Shown here: piece by piece, positions 45,903 to 55,656 of the stretch
Numbering within the stretch: position 1 is the first letter of the stretch
How the letters are laid out: each line of letters starts with the position of its first letter
From: Flavobacteriales bacterium
GTDB taxonomy: Bacteria > Bacteroidota > Bacteroidia > Flavobacteriales_F > PHOS-HE28
Reading direction: 5' to 3'
Assembly (NCBI GenBank): GCA_035325445.1
Contig: DAOKZW010000011.1
Span: 39,815 to 103,814, forward strand
Length of the DNA: 64,000 bases
The notes under the pieces: model-generated
Seen by the model: only the letters and a program-made list of their open reading frames with translations
Told to the model about the DNA's origin: nothing
The model's database searches: none
Position numbers and translations under genes: made by a program

Positions 45903-46853
45903 TCAGTACTTCCCTGCGGCCACATCGCGCAGGATCTTGTCCGCCAGCACATTCGCGAGCTTGAAATAGCTCTCCGACGTGATGCCGGCCACGTGGGGGC
46001 TCAGCAGCACCTTGTCGCTGGCATAAAGGCGCTCCAATGTTTCCTGGTCCGCGCTTGAGCGCAGCCCCTTGAGCGATCGTTCCTCGAACTCCAGCACATC
46101 GAGGCATGCGCCGCGTACTTGGCCCGCCCCGATGGCATCGAGCAGGGCCGCCGTATCGGTGATGGGTCCCCGCGCGGTGTTGATGAACCAGATGGGCTTG
46201 GCAAATCCTTGGAAGAATGCGGCGTTGGCATACCGGTCGGTCTCCCCCGTGAGCGGCAAATGCAGGCTCACCACATCGCTGCGTTGCTGCAGCTCTTCCA
46301 GGGATACTTCCTCCACCCGCTCATTGGCAAACCCGTTCCTGTACTTGTCATGGGCCAGCACCCTCACCCCGAAGCCATTGAGCCGTTGGGCGAAGGCGGC
46401 CCCCATGTGGCCGAACCCGATGATGCCCACGTGGCTTCCCTCCAGCTCGCTACCGCTGTTGGCCAGGCGGTCCCAGATGCCGTGGCGCACCTCGCGATCC
46501 GCCCGGGGCATGTGGTTCATCAGTGCCAGCAGCATGCCGATGGCATGCTCCGCCACCGCGGCCCTGTTGCCTTCCGGCGAGTTGTACAGGGTGATCCCGC
46601 GCCGAGCACAGGTCTCCTTGTCGATGTTCTCCATACCCGCGCCACAACGCGCGATGAAGCGGAGCTTGGGCGCGTGGTCCAACACCTTGTCATCGATGAA
46701 CAACCGGCTGCGCACGATCAGACCCTCCGAATCGTGCAGTTGGGCCATCAGCGCATCACCCGCGTGCTCACTGAGGTCTTCGCAAGTATGGCCCGCCACG
46801 GTAAGGCGGGTGCTGAGCACGGGATGGACGGTGTCGATGAAGTTGATCTTCAT
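45903..46853 (-). CDS. D-isomer-specific 2-hydroxyacid dehydrogenase (SerA-like)
   Basis: VGIIGFGHMGAAFAQRL (NAD fold), FINTARG and SPHVAG. An ATGA overlap joins it to mgtE. Start trimmed to ATG at 46853. Confidence 0.85.
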   Translation of the reverse strand: MKINFIDTVHPVLSTRLTVAGHTCEDLSEHAGDALMAQLHDSEGLIVRSRLFIDDKVLDHAPKLRFIARCGAGMENIDKETCARRGITLYNSPEGNRAAVAEHAIGMLLALMNHMPRADREVRHGIWDRLANSGSELEGSHVGIIGFGHMGAAFAQRLNGFGVRVLAHDKYRNGFANERVEEVSLEELQQRSDVVSLHLPLTGETDRYANAAFFQGFAKPIWFINTARGPITDTAALLDAIGAGQVRGACLDVLEFEERSLKGLRSSADQETLERLYASDKVLLSPHVAGITSESYFKLANVLADKILRDVAAGKY

Positions 46854-48244
46854 GCCAGGATCTGCCGCATGAACACGGCTGCGATGCTGAAGTATATCAC
46901 CAGGCCGGTGACGTCCACGAGCGTGGCTACGAAGGGCGCCGATGCGCTGGCCGGATCCATGCCGAATCGTTTCAGCAACAACGGGAAGAGCGACCCCACG
47001 AGGTTGCCCCACACCACCACGCCCATCAGGGCCAGGGCCACCACGAACCCCACGAGCATCCAGTGCGGGCCGTACAAGTTCACGAACTGGCTCCATACGG
47101 CCACACGCGTGAACCCGATGAGGGCGAGGATCAATCCGAGGGTGACCCCCACCACCAGCTCCCTCCTGAAGATGCGGAACCATTCCCGGGTGGTGACATC
47201 GCCCAAGGCGAGTGCGCGGATGATCAGGGTGCTGGCCTGTGAACCGGTGTTGCCGCCGCTGGAAATGATCAGGGGCACGAACAGGGCGAGCACCACGGCC
47301 TTCTCGATCTCATCCATGTAGAATCCCATGGCGGTGGCGGTAAAGCTCTCGCCGATGAACAGGATGATCAACCAGCCCACGCGCTTCTTCACCATCTCCC
47401 ACAGGGAGCTGGCGCTGTATGAATATTCCAAGGCTTCCATACCACCCATGCGGTGGGTATCCTCGGTCTCCTCCTCACGGATGGCGTCCACCACGTCGTC
47501 GATGGTGATGCGGCCGAGCAACCGCCCCCGGTCGTCGACCACGGGCAGGATCACCAGGTCATATTTCTCCATGATCCGGCTGGCCTCCTTGACCTCCTCG
47601 TACGCCTTGATGCTGATGATGTCCGGGTCGTAGACATCCTTCACCGGCATGCGGAGCGAGGTGGTGAGCAGCGCCTTGATGGGGATGCTTCCCACAAGGC
47701 GGTCATGGTCGTCCACCACCAGGATCACGTACACGTCATCCACCATATCGGCGTGGGTGCGCAGCACGCGCACGCAATCCAGCATGCTTGCGTTGGCGTT
47801 CACCTTCACCAGCTCCTTGGCCATCAAGGCGCCGGCGGTGCCTTCGTCGTAGGTGAGCAACTCGCTGATCTCCTTGCGTTGCTCCTCGTCCTCGATGTTG
47901 GCCAACACCTCCTCCCGCACGTCGTCGGGCAGCTCGGAGATCACGTCCGCGGCATCATCGGATTCGATGTGCTCGATCAGCTCCTCGGCGATCTCCTTGC
48001 CGGTATAGTTCACCAGCAGCTTGTCGCGCTTGTCCTCGGGCACCTCCAACACCACCTCGGCGGCCATTTCCGGCTCGAGCCGTTCGAAGAGGTACTGGGC
48101 TTCCTTCAGGCTCAGCTGGTCCAGCACGTCGGCGATATCCGCCGGGTGCAGGTCCTGCACGGCGGCCAGCACCTCTTGATCGCGCTGCTGCGCGATGTTT
48201 TCCTGGATGCGCTCGAAGTTGGCTTTGCTGAGGACGAAGGTCAT
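46850..48244 (-). CDS. mgtE: Magnesium transporter MgtE
   Basis: MgtE N-domain, tandem CBS domains and a TM domain (SSGGNTGSQAS, ASAPFVATLVDVTGLVIYF). Confidence 0.93.
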   Translation of the reverse strand: MTFVLSKANFERIQENIAQQRDQEVLAAVQDLHPADIADVLDQLSLKEAQYLFERLEPEMAAEVVLEVPEDKRDKLLVNYTGKEIAEELIEHIESDDAADVISELPDDVREEVLANIEDEEQRKEISELLTYDEGTAGALMAKELVKVNANASMLDCVRVLRTHADMVDDVYVILVVDDHDRLVGSIPIKALLTTSLRMPVKDVYDPDIISIKAYEEVKEASRIMEKYDLVILPVVDDRGRLLGRITIDDVVDAIREEETEDTHRMGGMEALEYSYSASSLWEMVKKRVGWLIILFIGESFTATAMGFYMDEIEKAVVLALFVPLIISSGGNTGSQASTLIIRALALGDVTTREWFRIFRRELVVGVTLGLILALIGFTRVAVWSQFVNLYGPHWMLVGFVVALALMGVVVWGNLVGSLFPLLLKRFGMDPASASAPFVATLVDVTGLVIYFSIAAVFMRQILA

Positions 48245-48348
48245 GGCCGGCAGGTTTCCGAGCCCCCGGCAGGCCCGGGGATCGCGAAACTAAGGAAACC
48301 GGCAGGGTGACGCGTGGCCACAAGGCCAGGGACGCGGAAAAAGGGGCT

Positions 48349-49119
48349 TTATCGCGGCGCGCAGATGAGTGCCAAGGCGATCCAATCCTCCACGGACAGT
48401 TCCTCGGCGCGTTTCCGTGCGTATTCCGCCGGCACCCCGGAGGTCAACGGCGCAAAGGACCTCAATGCGTTGTGCAGGGTCTTGCGGCGCTGGCCGAATC
48501 CCGTTTTCACCAAGGTGGCGAGCAGCTTGGCATCGCAGGGAAGCGTTTGTCGGCCATTGCGCTGCATGCGGATCACCGCGCTGCGCACCTTGGGCGGCGG
48601 GATGAAGGCATCGGGCTCCACGATGAACAGATGCTCCACGTTGTACCACAGCTGTGTCAGCACGCTGGTGATGCCGTAGGTACGGCTACCGGGCCCGGCA
48701 CACAGGCGGTCGGCCACTTCCTTCTGGAACATGCCCACCACCTCGGGTATGCGGTCGCGGTTGTCCAGCACCTTAAATACGATCTCGGTGCTGATGTTGT
48801 ACGGAAAGTTGCCGGCCATCCCGATCGGCCCGCGGGCTATGGACCCCAGGTCCATGCGCAGCAGGTCTCCCTCCACCACATGCAGGGCGGGCCACTTTTC
48901 GTTCAGGTGCACCACGGACTCATGGTCGAGCTCGATGCAGGTGATCTCGACATCGCCCCTTTCGAGCAGGTGTTTGGTGAGCGCGCCTGTTCCCGGCCCA
49001 ACCTCCAGCACGTGGTTGTACCCTCCGAAAAGCCTCAGGCTTTCCGCTATGCGGCGTGCGGCCTCCTCGTCCTTCAGGAAATACTGTCCGAGGTGCTTTT
49101 TGGCGCGGACGAAGGTCAT
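48349..49119 (-). CDS. rsmA: 16S rRNA (adenine1518/1519-N6)-dimethyltransferase
   Basis: KKHLGQYFL, VLEVGPGTGALT and GNFPYNIST. Confidence 0.93.
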   Translation of the reverse strand: MTFVRAKKHLGQYFLKDEEAARRIAESLRLFGGYNHVLEVGPGTGALTKHLLERGDVEITCIELDHESVVHLNEKWPALHVVEGDLLRMDLGSIARGPIGMAGNFPYNISTEIVFKVLDNRDRIPEVVGMFQKEVADRLCAGPGSRTYGITSVLTQLWYNVEHLFIVEPDAFIPPPKVRSAVIRMQRNGRQTLPCDAKLLATLVKTGFGQRRKTLHNALRSFAPLTSGVPAEYARKRAEELSVEDWIALALICAPR

Positions 49120-49424
49120 GCCGTGTGTATCACCTCCAACAGGGTTCGGAAGGCCACGGCCTTCACCCCATAGTACTTCTCCGATTCGGCCCGCAGGCGG
49201 TCGGCATGGTGTTCGATGTACTGCTCATACTCGGCCATGTCCTTGCAGGTGTACTGCACGGCATAGGTGAACCCCGTGTCGCCTTCGCTGAGCACGCGAC
49301 AGATGCGGGCCTCTTGGAAGTGGCCGGTGGCCAGCACGTCGGGCAGGTGCGTGTGCTGCATCCAGGCGAGCCACATTTCGTGCACTTCCTTGTCCACGTT
49401 CACGGTAACGTTGTAGATGATCAT
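49116..49424 (-). CDS. DUF4286-like small protein
   Basis: MIIYNVTVNVDKEVHEMWLAWMQHTHLPDVLATGHF. ATGA overlaps join it to the genes on both sides. Confidence 0.65.
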   Translation of the reverse strand: MIIYNVTVNVDKEVHEMWLAWMQHTHLPDVLATGHFQEARICRVLSEGDTGFTYAVQYTCKDMAEYEQYIEHHADRLRAESEKYYGVKAVAFRTLLEVIHTA

Positions 49425-51301
49425 GGGTTGGGGCCGAGTAGGAATTTCTGTTCGGGGGTATCCAGGTTGTCGTGGTCGCCTCTCAGTCTGCGGTATCGTT
49501 CGCGGGCCTCAGCGGTGAAGATGGTTCCGCCCTGCTCGAAAAGGAGTTTCTCGTACCAGGCCATCGCCTTTTCCTTGTCCCCGAGATACTTCTCATACAG
49601 GCGCCCGAGGTCAAACATGGCGTTGTCCACGAGGATGTCGTTGGGATATTGCTCGATCACCTTCTCCAGGAATCCCGCGGCCTCGCCGTAGCGGTGTTGC
49701 GCCACGGCGATGCGGTACCTTGCATAGAGCACATCATCGCCCAGGGATGAGAGGGGGAAGCGGGCCACGATGGTGTCCAGCACGGCCAAGGCACTGTCAT
49801 AGCGGTGTTGTTCCATCAGCAGTTGCGAACGCGCGAAGAGGCTCAGCGCCTCACTGACCGTATCCACGCCGAGGTTGTCCGTGATCAACAGGGACAATTC
49901 CATGGCATCATTGGCGATCAGCTTGCTCGTGCTGGCCTTGAGCACATCCAGCTGGGCCTTGGCCCACAGGAAATCACCGGCATAGAAGCTCACCTTGGCG
50001 TTGCGCATGCGGGCCTCATGGCCGAGCACGTCCTGTTTGAAATCGAGGTCCACTTGCGAGAAGAGCAGCGACGCATCCCAGATATCCCCTTGCAGGATGT
50101 GGATGTCGCCCAACTGCAGCTTCAACTCGGCTTGCTGCTTGCGGTTCAGTCCGGGCATGTCGACGGCCTCCTTCAGCAGGTCCACGGCCCCGGCGACGTC
50201 ATTCAAGTAGTAGGCCTCCAGGTCGGCGAGCCCGCTCAGCAACTTGATATTGGCCGGCGACCGCCCCAGTTCGGCCAAGGTGCCCAAATACAATTGCTTC
50301 AGGCGGTCCAACTCCTCGGGTGCCGGCGCCGCCTTTTCCTTCACCTGGGCGTCCATGGCCGATACCAGCCCCACCTTGGCCGCCCCGTAGTAGGGTTTCC
50401 CGGCACCCAGCGACACCACATATTCATAGCTCTTGGCCGCATTGCCCCAGTCCTTGTTGTTCACGGCCATGTCGCCCAGGGCCATCAGGCGTTGCCCGCC
50501 TTCATTGAAGCGCTTGTCCATGGCACGGCTCTGCACAAAGGCGCTTCCGAGGTCCTTCTGCTGGATGTACATCCAGATGAGCATTTCCGGGTAGACGGTA
50601 TTGTCCGGTTGCTTCTGTACGCGCCGGAGCAGCTCGGTTCGCAGCAGGTCCGACCGTTCGTCCTTGGCGGTGAAATCGATGAAACGCCCCAGCCCGTTCT
50701 GCACGGCCTGCAGGTAGGCCGGGTTGGTCTGCAACAGGTCAAGGTAATCGCTGGTCATGCCCGCGACATCGCCCATGGATGCCCGCAGGTTGGCCGTTTC
50801 GTAGAAGAAGTCGGTCCCTGCCTTCAGCATCTTCCGCCCCCGCTCATAGGCTTGCAGCGCGAAGGCCAGCTCATTGTTGCGGGTGAAAGCGTTGGCCAGC
50901 GTGCGGATCGACGCTTGGTCCGGTTTCAGGTTCTTCAGCGCCTTGTTGAATTCCTGGTTCGCCTTGGCGGTATCGCCCTGTACCTTCAGCACCATGCCGA
51001 TATCCACCAGGAATTGGGGGTCGCCGCCTTGGCGCCGCATACGGGCCTTGGCTAGTTTTTCGGCCTCATCATACCGTTTCACGGCCACGTAGGCTTTCAG
51101 CAACTGCTCATAGTAGAAGTTATTGGGCTGTTTGTCGTGCAGCTTTTCATAGTAGAGGATGGCCTTGTCGTAATCGCCTTGGCGCATGTATTCCGCGGCG
51201 AGTTGCTCATCCGTGCCGGGCTGGGCCCGCAAGGTGGCGGCCGCCGTGCATGCCAGCAGCAGCAGCAGGGCCTGCAGGAATCGGCGTGTGGCGTGCATCA
51301 T
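49421..51301 (-). CDS. Tetratricopeptide-repeat protein (secreted/periplasmic)
   Basis: Signal peptide (MMHATRRFLQALLLLLACTAAATLRAQ) and many TPR-like helical repeats. Start trimmed to ATG at 51301. Confidence 0.8.
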   Translation of the reverse strand: MMHATRRFLQALLLLLACTAAATLRAQPGTDEQLAAEYMRQGDYDKAILYYEKLHDKQPNNFYYEQLLKAYVAVKRYDEAEKLAKARMRRQGGDPQFLVDIGMVLKVQGDTAKANQEFNKALKNLKPDQASIRTLANAFTRNNELAFALQAYERGRKMLKAGTDFFYETANLRASMGDVAGMTSDYLDLLQTNPAYLQAVQNGLGRFIDFTAKDERSDLLRTELLRRVQKQPDNTVYPEMLIWMYIQQKDLGSAFVQSRAMDKRFNEGGQRLMALGDMAVNNKDWGNAAKSYEYVVSLGAGKPYYGAAKVGLVSAMDAQVKEKAAPAPEELDRLKQLYLGTLAELGRSPANIKLLSGLADLEAYYLNDVAGAVDLLKEAVDMPGLNRKQQAELKLQLGDIHILQGDIWDASLLFSQVDLDFKQDVLGHEARMRNAKVSFYAGDFLWAKAQLDVLKASTSKLIANDAMELSLLITDNLGVDTVSEALSLFARSQLLMEQHRYDSALAVLDTIVARFPLSSLGDDVLYARYRIAVAQHRYGEAAGFLEKVIEQYPNDILVDNAMFDLGRLYEKYLGDKEKAMAWYEKLLFEQGGTIFTAEARERYRRLRGDHDNLDTPEQKFLLGPNP

Positions 51302-51840
51302 GGGTGCAGCTGGTTGTCTATGGCCGCCCGGTAGTTCTTGCGGTCGCGGATCAACGCCCCGGTATGCACGTTGATGCTGTCCAGGTCCTGACGCAGCCGG
51401 GCGTTCCATTGTTGCTCCTTGGCCAATGCCTGTCCCCGCAAGGCTTTTCCCATCAAACCTTGTTCCATATCGTGGCGCAGGTTGCGCAACCGCTGGGCCG
51501 TGCTGTCCAGGCGGGCCTGTTCCATCCTTCGGGTTTCCAGCACGGCGGGCAGGCGCTCGTTCATGGCGCGGTAATAATTGCCCAAGACCTCCGCTTCGTG
51601 CGGCAATAGTGTATCGCGGAATCGCTGCTCGATCGCCGGTCGCTCGGCCTCGAACAGGGCGCCCATGTGCCTAAGCGCCGCGTTGTTCTGGCCATTGATC
51701 TCGGCGTTCATGCTGTCGGTATCCTGTATCAGGCGTTGCACGGCGGCCAGCTCGGCGGGGTCGGCATGATGGGTGCATGAGGCCAGCAGGCAGCCGGAAA
51801 ACAACGCGGCCAAGGCCGCCGCCTGCATGGCCCGCCTCAT
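51298..51840 (-). CDS. Hypothetical lipoprotein (180 aa)
   Basis: Lipobox (AALFSGCLLASC) followed by a helical body. ATGA overlaps join it to serS upstream and the TPR gene downstream. This is only the C-terminal part of the 501-aa track ORF. Confidence 0.6.
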   Translation of the reverse strand: MRRAMQAAALAALFSGCLLASCTHHADPAELAAVQRLIQDTDSMNAEINGQNNAALRHMGALFEAERPAIEQRFRDTLLPHEAEVLGNYYRAMNERLPAVLETRRMEQARLDSTAQRLRNLRHDMEQGLMGKALRGQALAKEQQWNARLRQDLDSINVHTGALIRDRKNYRAAIDNQLHP

Positions 51841-53114
51841 TTCTTCACGATCATGGCGAAGCCGGTGTACGGCTGCAACGCCTTGGGTACCCGGATGCAT
51901 TCGGAGGTCTGGTGGTTCTCCAGCAGGGCCGCCACGATGCGCGCCAGGGCCAGCGCGCTGCCGTTGAGCGTGTGCGCCAGATGGGGTTTCTTGTCCTCTC
52001 CGCGGTAGCGCAGCTTCAGGCGGTTGCTTTGGTAGGTCTCGAAATTGCTGATCGAGCTCACCTCCAGCCAGCGCTTTTGCGCGGCCGACCACACCTCCAT
52101 GTCGTAGGTGATGGCGCTGGTGAAGCCCATGTCGCCGCCGCAGAGCAGCAGTTGGCGGTAGGGCAGTTCCAAGGCCTCCAACAGGCCCCTCACGTGGCCC
52201 ACCATCTCCTCCAAGGCCGCGTTGCTGTTCTCCGGCCGCTCCACCCGCACGATCTCCACCTTGTCGAACTGGTGTACGCGGTTGAGGCCGCGCACGTCCT
52301 TGCCGTAGCTGCCCGCCTCGCGGCGGAAGCATGGCGTGTAGCCCACCCGCTTGATCGGCAGCTCTTCGGCCGGCACGATGTCGCCGCGGAACAGGTTTGT
52401 GATGGGCACCTCGGCGGTGGGGATCAGGTACAGGTCGTCCTGTGTGGCGTGGTACATCTGCCCTTCCTTGTCGGGCAGCTGGCCTGTGGCGAAGGCCGAA
52501 TCGGAATTGACCATCAACGGCGGGATCACCTCCAGATAACCCGCCTCGGTGGCACGGTCCAGGAAGAAGCTGATGAGTGCGCGCTCCAGCCGGGCCCCTT
52601 GGCCGATGTACACAGGGAAACCGGCGCCGGTGAGCTTCACACCCATTTCCAAGCTGAACAGCTCGTATTCCTCGGCCAATTCCCAGTGGGGCTTGGCATC
52701 GCCCCCCAGTTCGGGGATGTCGCCGTGCTGCATGACCACCACGTTGTCTTCCGGGGTTTTCCCAACGGGCACACGGTCCTGCGGCACGTTGGGGATGGTC
52801 CACAGGTGGTGCTCCAAGGCCGTTTCGGCGGCCACCAATGCCTCCTTCAATTCGGCGATGCCGGTCTTCAGTTCGGCAGACCGGGCCTTGGCGGCCTCGG
52901 CCTCCTCCTTCTTGCCGGCCTTCATCAGCTCGCCGATGCTCCGGGCCTGCTCGTTCATCTCGGCCAGTTTGGCATCCAACGTGTTCTGCGTGTTGCGGCG
53001 CTGTTCGTCCAAGCGGTCGGCTTCGGCCAGCAGGGCCTCGGCGTTCACATGGCGTTTGGCCAATCGCTTGCGGGCTTCTTCGGGGTGGTTGCGCAAATAA
53101 GCGGTCTCCAGCAT
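51837..53114 (-). CDS. serS: Seryl-tRNA synthetase
   Basis: N-terminal coiled-coil arm and class II motifs (FRREAGSYGKDVRGLNRVHQFDKVE, GSALALARIVAALLE). Confidence 0.95.
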   Translation of the reverse strand: MLETAYLRNHPEEARKRLAKRHVNAEALLAEADRLDEQRRNTQNTLDAKLAEMNEQARSIGELMKAGKKEEAEAAKARSAELKTGIAELKEALVAAETALEHHLWTIPNVPQDRVPVGKTPEDNVVVMQHGDIPELGGDAKPHWELAEEYELFSLEMGVKLTGAGFPVYIGQGARLERALISFFLDRATEAGYLEVIPPLMVNSDSAFATGQLPDKEGQMYHATQDDLYLIPTAEVPITNLFRGDIVPAEELPIKRVGYTPCFRREAGSYGKDVRGLNRVHQFDKVEIVRVERPENSNAALEEMVGHVRGLLEALELPYRQLLLCGGDMGFTSAITYDMEVWSAAQKRWLEVSSISNFETYQSNRLKLRYRGEDKKPHLAHTLNGSALALARIVAALLENHQTSECIRVPKALQPYTGFAMIVKK

Positions 53115-53303
53115 GGGGGTTTGATAGGATGGGCGAAGGTAAGCCTGTTATAAGGCAGTGGAAAGGGAATCGCGGACGGTGAATGACCCATCGCCGGCTG
53201 TCCTTCGCTCGGCCCCTTGGCGGGACCTCAGGGGCACTGGACGGGGCTTAAGCGATGGAGCATAAACCACTCCAAGGCCTGGATGGACCGATTGGCCTCA
53301 GGC

Positions 53304-55535
53304 CTACCGCTTCACGAACCGGGCGATACCGCCATCTTCCAACCGCAGGAGATAGAGGCCGGAAGGCAGGGAAGCGATATCCACGGAAGTACGGGTCCCA
53401 TTTGCTGTTCCCGCAAGCAGGATGCGGCCCTGTGTGTCGTACACCGTGAAAGGAGCAGGTGCCGTTCCCAGCCTTTCCAGGATGAGCCGGTCCGTAGCAG
53501 GATTGGGATGCAGGCGGATCGTCGTGTTGCTTTGATCCGTGATGTCCGTGTGGATCACCACGAAGGGCGCTGACACGGAGGATGCACAGCCAAGCGCATC
53601 CGTCACCACCACGGTGTAGCTGCCCTCTTCCAAGGCCTCGATGCAGGGCGTGTCTCCACCAGTTATCGGCTCGCCGCCCAAGTACCACTGGACCGTGCCG
53701 GAGAGGTCGGTGCAGAGGTTGTCGCCTACTTCCGTGATCACCGGCGTGGGTGTGTTTTGCGGGCAGGCCACCTGGGCGCGGAAGACGTCGCCCCAACGCC
53801 CCACGGCCACGATGGCGCCATCCACGTACGCGGCGTCCATGATCTGGGCGTTGCTGATCGACGGCAGAATGGTGGTCCAGGTCGCCCCGCCGTCAGTGCT
53901 CATCTTCGCCTTTCCCCCGCCGTCCACGGCATAGCCGGTATCGGGATTGGTGAAGATGATGCTTACGGTTGTCATGGACGTGCCATCCATCACGGTCCAG
54001 GTGTCGCCGCCGTCGGTGGTGCGGAGGTTGCGGGTCCAGCCGAGGGTATCGTTAAGGAAGAAGATGGTGTTTCCGCCGCTGGTGCCGGGCATGGACTGCC
54101 AAGTGAGGCCGCCGTCCGTGCTTCGGAAGGCCATGCCGTTCTCACCCACTGCATAACCCTGCATGGAGTTGACGAACCACAGGTCGTTGATGGTGATGTT
54201 CCCGATGTCCAGAACGCGCGTCCACGTGCTGCCACCGTTGTCCGTGCGGTAGATGCCGCCGTTGATTGAGCCGCCGCCCACGAAGTGGACGTTGGCATCC
54301 ATGGTCCAGGTGCAACGGATGGCGATGCTGGGACCGGTGCGGTTGGTCCGTGTGGAAAAGGCATCCGTGGTGGTGGCGAAGGCACCGCTACCGCCGCCGA
54401 GGCAGCCGACGCCCGACGGTGTGAGGTGGATGCCCAGCCCGCCGTTGCCCGCCTTTACCCAGTTGCGGCCACCGTCGGTGGTGCGCAACAGGCCGTTATC
54501 CAGTCCGCCATTGGCCACATAGCCCACGGCCACGCCCACCTGATCGTTCTGGAAGGCCACCTTGTTGAGCAGGGTGTGCCAAGTGCCTTCCCGCCGCAGC
54601 TCCCAGGTGATCCCGTAGTCGCTGGTGCCGTAGATGCGGCCATCGGTGCCGGTGATGCCGGTGCCTTGGGGGCTGAGCGCGATGCTTTGATGGACGGTGG
54701 AACTGGTGCCCACGGTCTGTGCTGACCAGGTGATCCCGCCATCGGCGCTGCGCACGATGCGGCCGCTGTTGCCTGAGGCCAGTATCACGTTGCCCATGAC
54801 GCACAGGCCCAACAGGCTTTGGGTGACGCCCGAGCTGGCCGCCACCCAGGTTTCGCCACCGTCGGTGGTGCGGTGGATGTTGCCGCTGTTGCCCACCACC
54901 ACACCGGTGAGCGCATCGCTGAAGTGGATGGCCCGCGAATGCGTGGGGGCTGCGTCGGTCGTGGGCGCCCACGTGAGGCCGCCGTCGGTGCTGCGGATCA
55001 CGCCCACGGCGTACACGCATGCGTAGGCCGTGTCCGGCGAAGGCATGGACAGGTCGGTGATGGTGTAGCTGGTGCCGACGCCGGTCGGAACCTCGGTCCA
55101 GGTGTCCCCGGCATCGGTGGTGCGGTAGATGCGGCCCGAATTATTGCCGATCAGGCCCAGCGTGTCATTGGCGAAGGCCACGGCGGTGAGCTGCCCGAAG
55201 GTGGCGTTCGTCAGGGTGACATAGCTCTCAAAGCCATTGTCGGTGCGGTACAGGCGCCCGCTGCTTGCCGCCACGATGCCGCGCTGCTCGTCCCACATGT
55301 GGATGGCGCCCGGCGGGTTGATCGCCAATTGGTTCATCCGTTCCCAGGTGTAGCCGCCGTCGCGGGTGCGCAGGATGTCGGAGAGTGTTTTGTCCAAGGC
55401 GTAGCCCAACGTGGAGTTCATCATGCGTACAGCGGAGAATTCGCTGCGGGTCTTCACGCCGGTGGTCAGTTCCCATTGTTGGGCGGAAGCCAGAATGGTT
55501 GCAAGGGAGAGAAGGAGAGTGGAAAGAAGGCGCAT
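53304..55535 (-). CDS. BNR/Asp-box beta-propeller repeat protein with T9SS C-terminal sorting domain
   Basis: Signal peptide. At least 10 Asp-box repeats (xTxDGGxTW). A Cys-rich Ig-like module. T9SS tail (LHPNPATDRLIL...GLYLLRLEDGGIARFVKR). Start trimmed to ATG at 55535. Confidence 0.8.
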   Translation of the reverse strand: MRLLSTLLLSLATILASAQQWELTTGVKTRSEFSAVRMMNSTLGYALDKTLSDILRTRDGGYTWERMNQLAINPPGAIHMWDEQRGIVAASSGRLYRTDNGFESYVTLTNATFGQLTAVAFANDTLGLIGNNSGRIYRTTDAGDTWTEVPTGVGTSYTITDLSMPSPDTAYACVYAVGVIRSTDGGLTWAPTTDAAPTHSRAIHFSDALTGVVVGNSGNIHRTTDGGETWVAASSGVTQSLLGLCVMGNVILASGNSGRIVRSADGGITWSAQTVGTSSTVHQSIALSPQGTGITGTDGRIYGTSDYGITWELRREGTWHTLLNKVAFQNDQVGVAVGYVANGGLDNGLLRTTDGGRNWVKAGNGGLGIHLTPSGVGCLGGGSGAFATTTDAFSTRTNRTGPSIAIRCTWTMDANVHFVGGGSINGGIYRTDNGGSTWTRVLDIGNITINDLWFVNSMQGYAVGENGMAFRSTDGGLTWQSMPGTSGGNTIFFLNDTLGWTRNLRTTDGGDTWTVMDGTSMTTVSIIFTNPDTGYAVDGGGKAKMSTDGGATWTTILPSISNAQIMDAAYVDGAIVAVGRWGDVFRAQVACPQNTPTPVITEVGDNLCTDLSGTVQWYLGGEPITGGDTPCIEALEEGSYTVVVTDALGCASSVSAPFVVIHTDITDQSNTTIRLHPNPATDRLILERLGTAPAPFTVYDTQGRILLAGTANGTRTSVDIASLPSGLYLLRLEDGGIARFVKR

Positions 55536-55656
55536 GGGGGTAAAGATCGGGGTTGGGGAGGAAGTGGGCAGTGAACAGTCCGCCTGCGGCCGGACAGTGA
55601 ACAGTAGCGCCGACCCAGCGGGTCGACCTACCGGATGGATGCGGTGCCTGGGCCCT

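Noticed and set aside
48245-48348. An M-box (Mg2+) riboswitch upstream of mgtE.
   Set aside because: The leader is only 104 nt. It contains just small GC hairpins (for example CCCCGG-N5-CCGGGG), which is too short for an M-box, and I see no conserved M-box elements. I cannot support a riboswitch call.
51298-52803. A 501-aa ORF overlapping serS in another frame.
   Set aside because: Only the last 180 aa, starting from the lipobox-bearing MRRAMQAAALAALFSGC, lie outside serS and look protein-like. The upstream part is Arg/Gly/Pro-rich read-through antisense or out of frame to SerS.
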